A stretch of 64,000 nt of DNA from Blastocystis sp. Blastoise (Eukaryota; Protista; Bigyra: Opalinata). The notes beneath the pieces were generated by a model, which searched no databases, was not told the DNA's origin, and saw nothing but the letters and a program-made list of their open reading frames with translations. Within the stretch, counting starts at the first letter, position 1; each line of letters starts with the position of its first letter. Shown piece after piece: positions 16,678 to 30,087 of this stretch. The position numbers and the translations under genes were made by a program. Location: the NCBI GenBank assembly GCA_039096225.1, contig JBBPEB010000009.1:248001-312000 (forward strand), in the 5' to 3' direction.

Positions 16678-17810
16678 CTATCATTCTTTCGCTTTGTCCT
16701 CCTGTTTCTACCGCGGGAATTAGATTCTACTTTTTCAGAAGACTATAAATATAATAATAAATAAATAAATAAATAAATATATATATATATATATATATAT
16801 ACTGTTTGTTCATCGTCAGATTCTAGGCTATATAATAATAATAATAATAAATATAATAATTTTAATATAAGATTATGTTTTGTATTTATATAATTATGTA
16901 TATATACTCTTCATCATTTCGTTTCTATAGATATAAAAAAATAGTAGTATAAAGTTTAATAATCATATAACTATATAATTATATATATATATATATACAA
17001 CACCAGTTTTTTCTTCAGTAGGTTTATCTTTTTCGCTTGCTATATAATGATAATCAATAGAATACGTATATAAACATATAATAATAATCAATAGAATACG
17101 TATAAGAATATAATAATAATCAATAGAATACGTATAAGAATATACCTTCATTGACACTGTCGATTCCCGCGGTTCTGCACCATTTGCAAATAAAGTTGCC
17201 CATTTTGGAGACATCCTTCTTGGGGTCAATGCCAGCACAGCTCAGATGGACCCATCCCCCACATTCCTTCCCTACTATACACTCTATCATAGTCTTATTC
17301 TCACTAGTGTCACCACAACAACAGAAATGACGACCCTTCTGAGACTTCCCCGTTGGAGTGTGCGGCGTAGAGACGGGAGTCAAAGAACGATATCCTAATA
17401 AACCTTTTAAATGGCCTAATACATTCTGAGCAAGAGAACTTCTATAATGTATTAAGTATAAGTTTAATAAACATAATAATAATAATATATATATATATAT
17501 ATATATATACCTATTAATAACATAGCCTTCTTTGGATCTCTTCATCTTCTCATAATGACCATAACCTCCCTCTAACACACTTACTACCCTACCTTTACAG
17601 CATATATCGGCGATCTCCTCGATACGCTGAAGGATATAACGATAATCATCACTCTTCAAATTCATTCCGTTACAAGAATTAGACAAACAACCGTAATTAC
17701 CCGCGTCCATATGCCCGCCATCAAACCCTATTGTAGTAGTAGCAATAATAATAAACATAATAATAAACATAATAATAAATATAATAATAATAAATATAAT
17801 AATAATAAAT

Positions 17811-17841
<31 letters not shown>

Positions 17842-17871
17842 TAATAATAATAAATAATAATAATAATAAAT

Positions 17872-17902
<31 letters not shown>

Positions 17903-18077
17903 TAATAATAATAAATAATAATAATAATAAATAATAATAATAAATATATATAAATACCAGCAGAAACCATAATAAGATCTGGTGCGAATGTACGAAGTGC
18001 AGGAATCATTCGCGTATCAATATATTTTCTATATATAGTTTTACCTCTATCTTCTTCACCACTATAGAATAGAATAG

Positions 18078-18115
<38 letters not shown>

Positions 18116-18622
18116 AGTCATCTGTATATCTATTTGGTGCCCATAAGGGTATAAGAGGAGTATTAAACACATTGTGAGACATATCGTGATCGTGACCTGT
18201 TCCTGGATAAAAGGAATAGTCCTCAGTAACATCCTATATATATATATGATAATAATAAGTATAATGAACATATTAATAAGTACAATAAACATATTAATAA
18301 ACATAATATGTATAATAAACAATATAATAATACTACGTACATTATAATAGATATGGAATGACCAGAACATGATATTATCGGGATGATTATAATGTTGAAC
18401 TAGCTGTTCAGTACCATTTCCATGATGAATATCAATATCAATAATAGCTACCTTCTTAATAATATCAGGGTAAGTCTTTAAGGCATGAACAGCACCGATA
18501 AATACATTATTATAAATACAGAATCCACAGGAACTACTATTGCTTAATAATCCTTCTACACCTGCGTGATGACCCGGGGGACGAACACAAACAAAAGCAT
18601 TTCGATTTCGACCCTCTACAAC

Positions 18623-18654
<32 letters not shown>

Positions 18655-18789
18655 AATATAATAATCAATAAATATAATATTATATATATATATATACCTC
18701 TATCAATAGCATAGCAAGTACCTCCAGCGGCAGTTTTCGCAGCTAATAAAGATCCCTATAGAATAAAAAGTATATAACCATGAATAGAA

Positions 18790-18828
<39 letters not shown>

Positions 18829-21137
18829 TTTAGAGAAGGACGTATCACAATTATCAGACGCCTTCAGTTGACCTTCAGGAACTCCTTGACCGCGTTGAAC
18901 ACGAGGAGTAAAGGCGACAGGCTGATTCTCTTTATTCACCTATATATATATAATAATAAGCATATAATAAGCATATAATAAACATATAATAAACATATAA
19001 TAAACATATAATTATACTTGATTATTTAGATCTTCCAATAATTGTATATATCGATCACTATGAATGCCCTTCAATTCACTATTATCTATAGGACCAAAAT
19101 CACTTGAGATCTCATATTCCCACGGGGATAAATCTTTCTTGATTTGTTCTAAAATAGCAGGTAAACGTGCAGGCGCTTCCCACGGGTTACTTCCTTGAGA
19201 CCCGGTGTCCCGCGGGACATGAAGAAGACAGTTCGGATGATAAGCAATAAGTGTCTTATACGAAGGGAATATAGAGTATAATATATGTCGAAGAGAATCA
19301 CGGGAATTCGAAGGTAAACTAGTTTCAGTATCATATAAGACATCTAAAGGTGTTTGATGTTTATTATTACGAAGGGTCTCATCGACATTCATCTCTTTAA
19401 TTAATACCTTCACACATTCCCCGCGGTTATTGCTGCAACAGAGATGAAGAGCAGTATCCCCGTTATTATTTGGAGTATTGGGTGGATATCCATAAGTATA
19501 TATTAACTTAAGAACATCTATATATATATATATATATAGTTATATATATAGTTATATATATAGTTATATATATATATATATATACTTGGATGTCCTACCA
19601 TAGCTGCCCAATGAAAAGCCGTATTTCCATCATTATCCTGAATATTCATATCAGCACCATATTCGAGTAGAGTGCTACATATATTATGAGCGAGTTCTGG
19701 GTCCTTAAGGCATGCTGCCGTCATCAACGGAGTATACCCATATACATCTTTATGATTAATATAGTTATCAATATGCTCTTGATCACGCCCTAAAGCATTT
19801 AATTGACTTAATAATCCTTCTAAATCACCTTGAACCACACAATTATGAAAAGTAGAACGAGCACAAACGACATTAGCAGGTGTTTTAGGAACATAATTCT
19901 CCATAGAGTGTTCTTTATCACGTGTACTATCTTTATCTCCTTCTTCCAATTCATTAGGATCCAATATCTTCATATTTGACATATCCTATATATATATATT
20001 AATAATTAATAATTAATAATTAATAATTAATAATAATAATAATAATGATAATAAGTATAATAATAATAATAATAACTATAATACTACATACAATACTATC
20101 TTTGTCTTCTTCTTCTTCTTCTTTCTTTATCTTTTCTTCTTCTACAGGTGACTTCTCTATTTCTTCCTTATTATCTATATCTATATCTATATCTTTTCCT
20201 TTTTCTACTTGTTCATCTACATGATCTTCTTCCTTCTTCTCTTCTTCTAATATATGTTCAGTTTGTTTTATTCTCTCTTTTATCTGTATATCTATAGTAC
20301 TTGGTAATTCATCTTTATCTTCTTCTTTCTTTATATCTTTATTCGATTCACTATTCGATTTATTCATATCATTTTCTTTCTTCTCTTCTTCTTCTTTCAA
20401 TTCATTATTGATTTCATTCTCTTTCTTCTCTTTTAGCTCCTTCACAGAATCTGATAATTTCTTTAGTATTTCTTTTGTTTCTTTTTCTTCTTTCTCTTTC
20501 TTTTCCTTTTCTTCTAATCCGTCTTTTAATCCACTTAAATATAACATTTGCATTACTTTCTGAGTAAAACTAGGACCTTCGTCACTATATCCAGGAACTC
20601 CCGCGGGAATTGGATATCCTGGATATTTAGGATTCATTTGAGAAGTTGGCATATTTGAAGGAGGAACAACTGTATTAACATAATTTGGTAGAGTATTTTG
20701 TATAAAACTATTAGTATAATTAGGAGTATACATATTCTCCATAGTCATATTATTCATAACCATATAGTTCATAGGTTCAGCAGTATATGCAGGAGTTGCT
20801 CTAGGCCAAGAAGCTACAGGAATAGAAGGACAATAATAAGTATCTTTAGCAGCTTCAAGAATATCGGACATATTAGGTTTTATATAGGATTGAGAAAGTA
20901 TATTTTTATTGGCCATATAGAGGGGTGTAGTAGCAGGAGCAACAGAAATACGCGGGGGAGCAGTGGGAGTTGGCGGGAAAACTGATTTTGAAGAAGCGTC
21001 AGGAATGGGTGATTTTTGATGAACTAAAATTGGAGTATTTACTGCTGAAGAAGAATGACTATATATATATATATTTATAGAAAGAAAAGTTATATGTATA
21101 CCTTTTATCTGCAGGCTTTGGTGTATCCTAAAGAATA

Positions 21138-21205
<68 letters not shown>

Positions 21206-22405
21206 TTTTGTAGTATCTTCTTTTCTAACGGTATCTGGAAGAACGTCTGTTTGTGTATCTATATATAAAGGAAAAGTAATAATATAATAAATATAATAAT
21301 ATAATAATAAAAATATAATAATAGAATATAATATAATAATAGAATATAATAAAAATATAATAATATAATAAATATAATAATATAATAAATATAATAATAT
21401 AATAAATATAAAAACAAAACAAATAAAATCATATATATACTAGTTTTTTCTTCTGTTCCTGAGACCCCATCGGATAGTTCTGAATCAGGAAGAGGAGAGA
21501 GAGTAGAATCCCCTCCTACCCCATTCATGCCATTTCCTTCTGACGAATTAATCCCTTGAGAACGATCCTGTTTCTGAAAATACTTCTGAGCATGAGTACG
21601 AATTTGAACTAAAGATCGACTAGGTATCTATATATATATAATATAATATAATATAATATATATAGTATATATATACTAACAATAAATAAAATTAAAAATA
21701 ATAAAATTAAAAATCACTAATAATTCTATATCATAAATAATTGAAACATACCATAACAGCAATATCTTTCCAACTTTTTCCATATTTTTCTAATCCTTTT
21801 ATAAACATTTCGTGTTCTTCTTTAGTCCATCGACCTGCACGGAAATCAGCGTCATCAGTACGAGGTACTTTTATTTGACCTATATATATAAGTAAATAGT
21901 AAAAATAATAAATAAAAAAATTATAAATAAAAAATAATAAATAATAAAAAAAAATAATAAATAAAAAAAATATAAATAAAAATATAAATAATAAAAAATA
22001 TCAAAAAAAAAATACTTTTAAACATTTTAGATGCATTTTCTTGATTGCTTTTGATTTGTAGTTGTTCACGAGGTATACCTTGACTCACTTCAGGAACATA
22101 ATAGGACTGAGGTTGAGGATTCTAAAAAGATGATCAATAGAAACAAATGGTTTGATAATAAATACTGGAAACATTTGTCCATAGGCTGGTTGTTGACCAA
22201 AATAAGTACCAATAGGAACATTTACACCTCGTTGAATGGGTTGTTGTTGTGTATAGGGCATCATATTAGATGACATCATAGAGAATGTAACAGGCAACTT
22301 CTGAGGTTCTATGAATTAATAAATAAAATAAAAATAAATGTCTTCTAATGTCGAATTAAAATATTGTTACTTACCAAATTGGTTGTCAGGCTTATAGGGA
22401 TTCAT
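16305..22405 (-). CDS. Fusion: SHAQKYF-class Myb, low-complexity linker, ankyrin repeats, class II-type histone deacetylase, PHD finger, acidic tail
   Basis: Splice phases checked continuous from Myb to ankyrin. Myb GRWTKEEHEMF...IRTHAQKYF; ankyrin GYTPLMTAA/GNTAFHWAA/GDTALHL; HDAC RPPGHHA, GFC, DIDIHHGNGT, SAGFD, LEGGY; PHD CCC...ECIVGKECGGWVHLSC...FICKWC. Confidence 0.88.
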
Positions 22406-24053
22406 ATGTGTATATATATTTAAATTCTTTATAAAATACTATTTTCAAAATAGTAAAAGAAAGCTTATACACTTAATACACGATTAAAAATAATTGGGAG
22501 TCATGCTAAACTGAGTTTATTCCATAAACATCAGAGATGGATAGTATCAGACGCTATAAGATTTTCATGGTTATATCCAGATCTATTAGGTACAGAAAAT
22601 GATTGGTTATTAAACAATAGATAATCTCAAGATAATTCTCTGTTTTTATGGGCATCCAGCCGTTAAATTATATCCAACCAGAAACGTTTTCAGGAAGAGA
22701 CACCATACTCTTTTCTTTTTATTTGGATTTACAGATTTGTCGTATACTAACACTATATTTTTTATTATTGAATGAATTCAATCATTTTCAGTATTATAGG
22801 ATTAGGAAAATAGATATGGACTCTCTATTTTATGGTTAAAAGTGACACACAATATTTAAAATACTGATGTACATATTTGTAAAATGCTTTTGCTATTCAT
22901 TTAAATCAAGTATACTCTTGTCTTTACATAAATTAGAACATAAAAAGCATCTTTATATAAATGAGATCAATTGCTGTTAGATATTTGATATGAAAAAATA
23001 AAATATGGCTTGATCATGTACTATTAATCACGGGAATTATGTGAGATATAAAACAGAATCTTTTTGAAGTGGTATGATTATATAAGGATCCTATAATTTT
23101 ACTTATTTGTAAAAGTATCTGGATATATATTTCTTAACAATTATTTCAGTATAGGATCCTTAATGTATTGACAGTTTTTTAGTTGTCATCTCCATTGAAA
23201 ATTTTTATTATTTTGTTATTTTTATGTATCTTAAATGAATTATTAGTTTTTTATTTGATGTTTTTTGCAGAACCCAAGGTCAATAAGCATTTGTTTTTAA
23301 TTGGAAAAAATGAAAACTGTTAACAGAGACAACTGAATTAGATTTAGAATAGATTTCTAGTATTCTATGGCCCTATGTTATCTAGATTTCAATTTAATTT
23401 TCCATAGAAGAACATTAATAGCTAGAAATTATTTTTAAAACGCATGTATTCAACTAGAGTATTCATATTAGCATATAGAACTTCTTCGATTAGAATCAAA
23501 ATAATATACGTATGAAAAGCAACTAAATAAAAATATAGCAAGATATATTGCGTAATTTCAATTGTTTAGCATAACAGTAGATACCTTATGACTCCTATTA
23601 CTAAATGCTATCAATGATAGAATATAAATAGTTGACTAGAATTCAGATTAAACACGTTTTTGATGAATCAGTGTCTTTTATTGAATTGGATAATCATAAA
23701 AGCAGTTCTTCATTTATTTAGTTCATATAATTTATGTTTTCATATATACATATATCATTTTATAAGCAATTGCTACAGTAATATAGGTTTTCTAGAATAT
23801 TCATCATAAATAAATGAGACCATGTTGGTTCATACAAATGAAAAAAATAAAAATGTTATTTCATCTTATAAAGACTAAAATGAATAAAGAAGAAACGAAA
23901 TTATTTTTTGGAGTATTTTGAATAATGGAAAAAAATACTTGTTTGCTGAGATTTTATGTTATATCCGTGGTTATTTTCAAAATAGAGTTTGAAAGTGAAA
24001 AGAAAGATTAAAGAATACAATTTGATTTATATTTGATTGCGAAGATAAGTTAA

Positions 24054-24799
24054 ATGGATATAAGTAAATCAGAAATGGCTAAGAAGATGCCAAAAAGATG
24101 GTATGCTTCAGAAGAGATTCTAGCAACTGAACGTGTCTATGTGAAAAATTTAAAGATTATGATGGATCTTTACCGAAAGATGCAATCAAATTCTTCTATA
24201 GATCAGAATGCTGTTCAAAAAGTGTTTGGAAATATAGAGATTCTTCATCAAATTAATGCTCAGATTTTAGATGCATTAGAGGCTGAACTTAAATTACGTG
24301 GTGGAGATTACTGTATATGTAACTTTGCTAGTGTTTTTATCAAATTAGCTCAATTTTTAAAATTGTATGAAAATAATCTATATTATTTATTTATAATTCT
24401 ATTTTTTACACTATAGATATATTGATTATATTAATGGATATCGAGATGCAGGAGATATTCTTGCTGAAAGTGCCAAAAAGAAAGATGGCTTATATATCGA
24501 ATGTCAACGAGCTTTTTCGAATGAATTAAAAGGAATGGAATTATCGGTATGTTTAGTATTATTTTTAATATTATATATAGTACTATATTGATTATGTGTT
24601 TTTTTTATTAATGATAGAATATATACTATTAAAATAATATTTTTATATTTATTTATATGTGTATGCTTTATAATATATATATATAGAGTTATTTGATTAT
24701 GCCCATTCAGCGTATTCCTCGTTATCGTTTACTTCTTCAGACGCTGTTAAAGCATACTCCTGAAGATTATGATGATTATAATGATTTAAAGGTATTCTC

Positions 24800-24833
<34 letters not shown>

Positions 24834-25331
24834 CTATTTATATGTTTAGTATCTTTATTCTATTTATATGTTTATTATTTTTATATGTTTATTATTATTA
24901 TTATTTTTATATGTTTATTATCTTTATTATTTTTATTATTTTTATTATTTTTAGTATCTTTATTGTTTATATATATATATATATATTATTTGTATTTATT
25001 CTATATATTATTTAATAATATACATTTTCTCTGTAGAGTGCCTTGGATATAGTTATGAAGATAGCAGATGTTTGTGATAAGGCTATGCTTCCCAACTTTA
25101 GTGTATTGCTAGCAAATATTCACAAGTCTCTTGGAGCAGATATTAACCTTATTAATCCAAGAAGACAAGTCGTCTCACAAGTATATAATAATAAGAATAA
25201 TAATTAATATTAAAATCTCATATAGTATTATATAAATTCTATAATATTATATATATATTAACTCTTTATAAATAACAATATTCATTATAGTATACCAATG
25301 TACTTACTATTGCTTATTTAGTCTCTCTATA

Positions 25332-25369
<38 letters not shown>

Positions 25370-25613
25370 TAATAATAATAATAATAATAATAATAAACTA
25401 TATATATAATCTATAGGAAACTGTAAAATATATAGGAAACGGAATAACAATGTCGGTCTATCTCTTGTTATTCAATGATATTCTATTATACTATGTAAAA
25501 GAATCAGAGACAGTTAAAGTCAAATATATATTTGAACTCTGTATATATATTCTTCTTTTTATTATTACCCATTATGAATTATGAATCATCTCAATTATTT
25601 ATATTATTATTAC

Positions 25614-25670
<57 letters not shown>

Positions 25671-26981
25671 GTATCCTAAATTATGATATATCTACTTCTA
25701 GGTTATACCAATTTAATTCTTCCTTTCCCTGATGAAAAGCCTATAGTAACAGTATATGATGATGAACGATCTTTCTCGTTCTTATTTCCTGAAATGAGAG
25801 AACTTAAAGAATGGATTAAATTATTATATAGTCTTTTTCAAAAAGTAAAGAAAGAACATTATAGATGTGATTTCTGTGGTCGTGTACATAAAATTCGTGC
25901 AGAAGAAGAAATAGAAAATAATTCAAGTATTCATTCTAGTATATCTAATAATAATAATAATAATATTTTGGTTAATAATAATAATAATATCTCGGATAAT
26001 TCTAATAATAATGATACAATGAAAGAGAAGAATCTAGTTACTCCTACTATATTTACAAGTATAACTCCAGAAATAACTCCTACACCTACTCCTAATAATA
26101 TAATGCATTCAAACTCAGATGTTATTTCTATTACTTCTCCTCATCCTACCTCAAATGCTAACGATACTAATACTGTTACTAATAATAATAATGATTCTAT
26201 TAATGATAATAATGATGATACTAATAATAATAATAATAATAGTAATAATAATACTATTATATCCACAAATACTCCTATTACATCTCCAACATCCATGGCT
26301 GTCAATTCTTCTACTCATTCTATTAGCAATTCTCCAAGTACTATGTCTACCTCTAGTATTAATGGTACTACTACTACTCCTACTCCTACTACTACTACTA
26401 CTACTTTCCATTATAAAGCTCTTAAGGAATGTATATCATGTCATCGAACAGTATGTGAATATTGTTCTCAACCTGTGAATTATTTTGATCTTGAAACTGG
26501 AAAACAGGCAGAAACAGTAAAATGTAAATCTTGTTTGTCATCTACAAGTATATCATCTCCTTATACAATTACATCAATTGATCATGAGAATCTTCCGGAT
26601 TACTGGTTCAAAGCTACATGCGATGATGATAGTCATTTTTATTATAATCAATTCCAATGGGAAAGCACACTTAAAGACCCAACAACAACTCTTTCCCCTA
26701 CAGAGAACGTCTCTCAAGAAACTGAAAACATACCTTTTTATTGGAAAGTAGATCATATCAATAATGAAAAACATACTCCTTATTATTATAATATTTTAAG
26801 TAAAGAATCGAGATGGGAAAAGCCATATATGAAACTAAAACCTGTGAATTATGTTAGTACAGATATGAAACGTATTTGCTTAAAATGTGGTACTGTATAT
26901 GAAGATGATAATTCTTGGGTACCTACATGTACGAACTGTAAATCCAGACTGCCTTTCCCTCATCATTTTGAACCCAAATAA
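24054..26981 (+). CDS. FGD-like RhoGEF: DH, PH, interrupted FYVE-like finger, 2x WW, C-terminal zinc ribbon
   Basis: EILATERVYVKNL and LIMPIQRIPRYRLLL (DH); LLLFNDILLY (PH); CDFC...CISC..VCEYC...CKSC; LPDYW..FYYN..STLKDP and IPFYW..YYYN..SRWEKP (WW); CLKC...CTNC. Confidence 0.88.
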
Positions 26982-27777
26982 AACTGTATATATTGTTTAT
27001 ATTTTTAATGATTTTTTTTTTTTTTTATTATTTTTTATTATTTTTTTATTTTTTTTTTTATTATTTTTTTATTTTTTTTTTATTTTTTTAATTTTTATAT
27101 ATTTAATTTTATTTATTTTTTTTTTATTTTTTTTTCCTTCTCTATTTTTATTCTTATATATAGGGTATGTTTTCTATATAACTTTTTTCTATACTATAAT
27201 TATTATTTCTTCATTCTATTTTCTTATGTATATATATATTCTTTAATTTCTATTAACTTCATAATATAGTATTCATATTTTTATTTGTATAGAATAACAG
27301 ATTCTCGGTTTTCATCCTTTCACAACTTATATAGGGTATACTCTATAATTTACTTTTTTGTTTGTTTGTTAAATCTATGTATATTTCTTTATGTATCACA
27401 CACGTTGTCATCTAGTCATAAAAATATCCTTTTTCTAAATTTTTTTTCTGTTTATTTTTCTTTTTGATATTTTGCCTAGTTATGTATTTTTTTCTTTATG
27501 ACTCTGTAAATACTATTGTTTCTTTTCATCATTTTGCATTAATATGAAGTTTTTCTATATTCTGTTTTGTTCCTCATAATTATTATTACTTATTTATTAT
27601 ATATATATATATTTCCTTTTCAATAAAATAAAAGTTATTTCAAATATATTCTATTCAATACTACTACTTATGATATAAAAAAATACTAGACTTTTAAAAT
27701 TACTATTTAAAAACAAAAAAAAAGACAACAAATTAATAGAAATAATGTTTCACCTTTTATTATTTAGTCAAAAAAGT

Positions 27778-28153
27778 TTAGTTTTTGGAGACTTCTTCGA
27801 AGTTTTCGACAAGTTCAGGAACAGATTCTTCAGCAGCAGGAGCAGCAGCTTCAGCGGGAGGAGCAATATCCTTTAAGTTTTCAGGATTGAAGATGTTGGA
27901 ACCAAGTTGAGAGAGGATATCAGGTAACATATCTTGGAACTTTTTGAATATATATTATTTAGAAATACGTTTCAAATAGTCATTTCAGTATAAAAAACTA
28001 GTTAAATACAGTAGAAGAATAAAATGTATATATATATATATACTTTTGGTTTCAGAACGACCACTTACAGCATAGGTGTTGCAAGCAGGAGCGACTTCAA
28101 CCATATAAAAAAATAATAATAATCATTTAGTTCCATAAAAGTCTGTAAATAAA

Positions 28154-28184
<31 letters not shown>

Positions 28185-28590
28185 TATATGTATAGATATA
28201 TATAAATAATTTAAAAGATATTCAATTGTATTTCAACCAAAAATAATAATAGTAATAAGAATAAAAACAAAATAAATATTAAAAAAAAACAATAATTTCA
28301 ATAAAAATAATAATAATAAAAGTGAATTATATACCCTTAGGGGCCTTGAAGTGGGTGATGGTACCATCAGCATTGAAGAAGTTGACTTCTTGAATACCAG
28401 GAAGACTTTGAGAACCACATCTCTTAAGAGTAGCAGCAAGTTTCTTATCGTCACCAGAGTTGGTCTTGTGGACAATAGGCTTACGACGTTGAGAACCCTT
28501 ACCACCAGTACGGGCGGCAGTTCCGAATCTTTCAGCAAGCTTCTTACGGTTTTCTTCAATTTCTTGTTGAGTAAGGCCAGTAGCAGACAT
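27778..28590 (-). CDS. BTF3: Nascent polypeptide-associated complex beta (BTF3/EGD1)
   Basis: RTGGKGSQRRK, DDKKLAATLKR, IQEVNFF, HFKAPKV, ETKKFQDMLPDILSQLG, VPELVENFEE. Both introns need non-AG acceptors (see findings). Confidence 0.95.
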
Positions 28591-29491
28591 TATGAATAAA
28601 GGTGAATAGACAATATTATTGTATATATAAACCTAGCAGTTTTGTGGATAAAAATATAGGAAATTTAGAACATTTCGCCCGTTTTGTGACGATGAACCGT
28701 GTTTATTTGGATTTTTCATTGACATAGATCCATGTTCCCCTGGGGATTTTTATTTTTTAGAATAGAAGCTCATATTTTATAGAATGACCCTGTTCACAAA
28801 ATAGTAAATAACAGACTCTAGACAATTCATATTGATTCGAGAGAATGACTTATAATTAGAGATTATTTTCATAGGAAGATCCCTATTTTAATTGATTGTC
28901 GTTTTTCTAGGTTATTTTATCTTTTTCTTAAAAGTTTTTTTTTCAATTTCACTATGTATATTTATTGAAAAAGTTGTCATGAAGAGCTCAGAATGGCATA
29001 CAAAAAGAACAATGCCTAAGGAGATTATTACAATTCATTAATGAGATTGTTTTTTCATTGTATAGTATTGCCAATTCTCTATAATAAATAGTTTTCTGAA
29101 ATGGGAATGGATATTCTATTATTTTAATTAAATAAAAGTCATTATAAAAGAATCAAATGTTCATTCAATTGGTATTTACAGCGTAATAATGTTATAAGAG
29201 AGATTTTTATGATGTAATATTTCTGTACATATCGTTCAAGAAAATAAATATGATGTTTGAATTTATTATTTTTGTAAAAAATGAATGAATAACGAGTTTT
29301 GAATATGATTTGATGTGTATTCTATTTAACTACACATGATAAATATATTTACTATTAATAAAGTAATAAATAAAAATTCATCAAGCAAATAACAACAAAA
29401 AATGGATTTTTTTAAACATTTTTTCTGTTGTTACGAAAACGTCTTCTGATAGTTATACGTGTTTTTATATTTTGTTTCTAATAAATTAAGA

Positions 29492-29722
29492 ATGATGCCT
29501 TCATGGTTGTATACGTTTTGTTCCAACTGCGAGATTTTTTTCTTGTGGATCTGGTCATGGATACTATCTTGTTGCTCTGGAAATAATCGTCACACTCGTG
29601 CAACATCCTTGAGAGTTCGTCCAGCACCTCCTGGAAAGCCTTTGAATCTTAACGCTCTTCAATCGAAACGTGTTTTTGTGTCTACTCGTTATGTTGCAGT
29701 TCCAAATGATACAAATAAGTGA
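29492..29722 (+). CDS. Possible small orphan protein (76 aa) with hydrophobic N-terminal segment and CC motif
   Basis: Open frame locally richer in GC with gene-like codons (GTT CGT CCA GCA CCT CCT GGA); no recognised homology. Confidence 0.35.
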   Translation: MMPSWLYTFCSNCEIFFLWIWSWILSCCSGNNRHTRATSLRVRPAPPGKPLNLNALQSKRVFVSTRYVAVPNDTNK

Positions 29723-30087
29723 TTTGGTGTTGTTGTAGAAGTTTCAATGTTTTTCATTTGTATATTATGAATTTTGTCAATTTTTATTTTCTTCTTTTTC
29801 CTTCTTTTGTGTCTGTTTTATTTGAATACACTGTACACTTGCTGATCTTCTCTTCTTATTGTCAGTTTATGTTTTATTTTTTCTTTGTGTTGTTTGATAT
29901 ATGTGGAGTGTGAAAATAGTTATAATCTATTCTTACTTGTAAATTTCAAAAAGATATAAAAAGATATCAAACAAACAATTTTAAAAAAACAAATACATAT
30001 AATAGAAACAATAAAAAAAAACAAATAATTTTCAAAATATGAAAGATTCAAGTATATACCAAATAAAAAAAACTCATAAAATAACGA

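Noticed and set aside
17050-17140. Three AATCAATAGAATACGTATA repeats with spacers, superficially CRISPR-like
   Set aside because: Intronic tandem duplication in a eukaryote with similar spacers and no cas genes.
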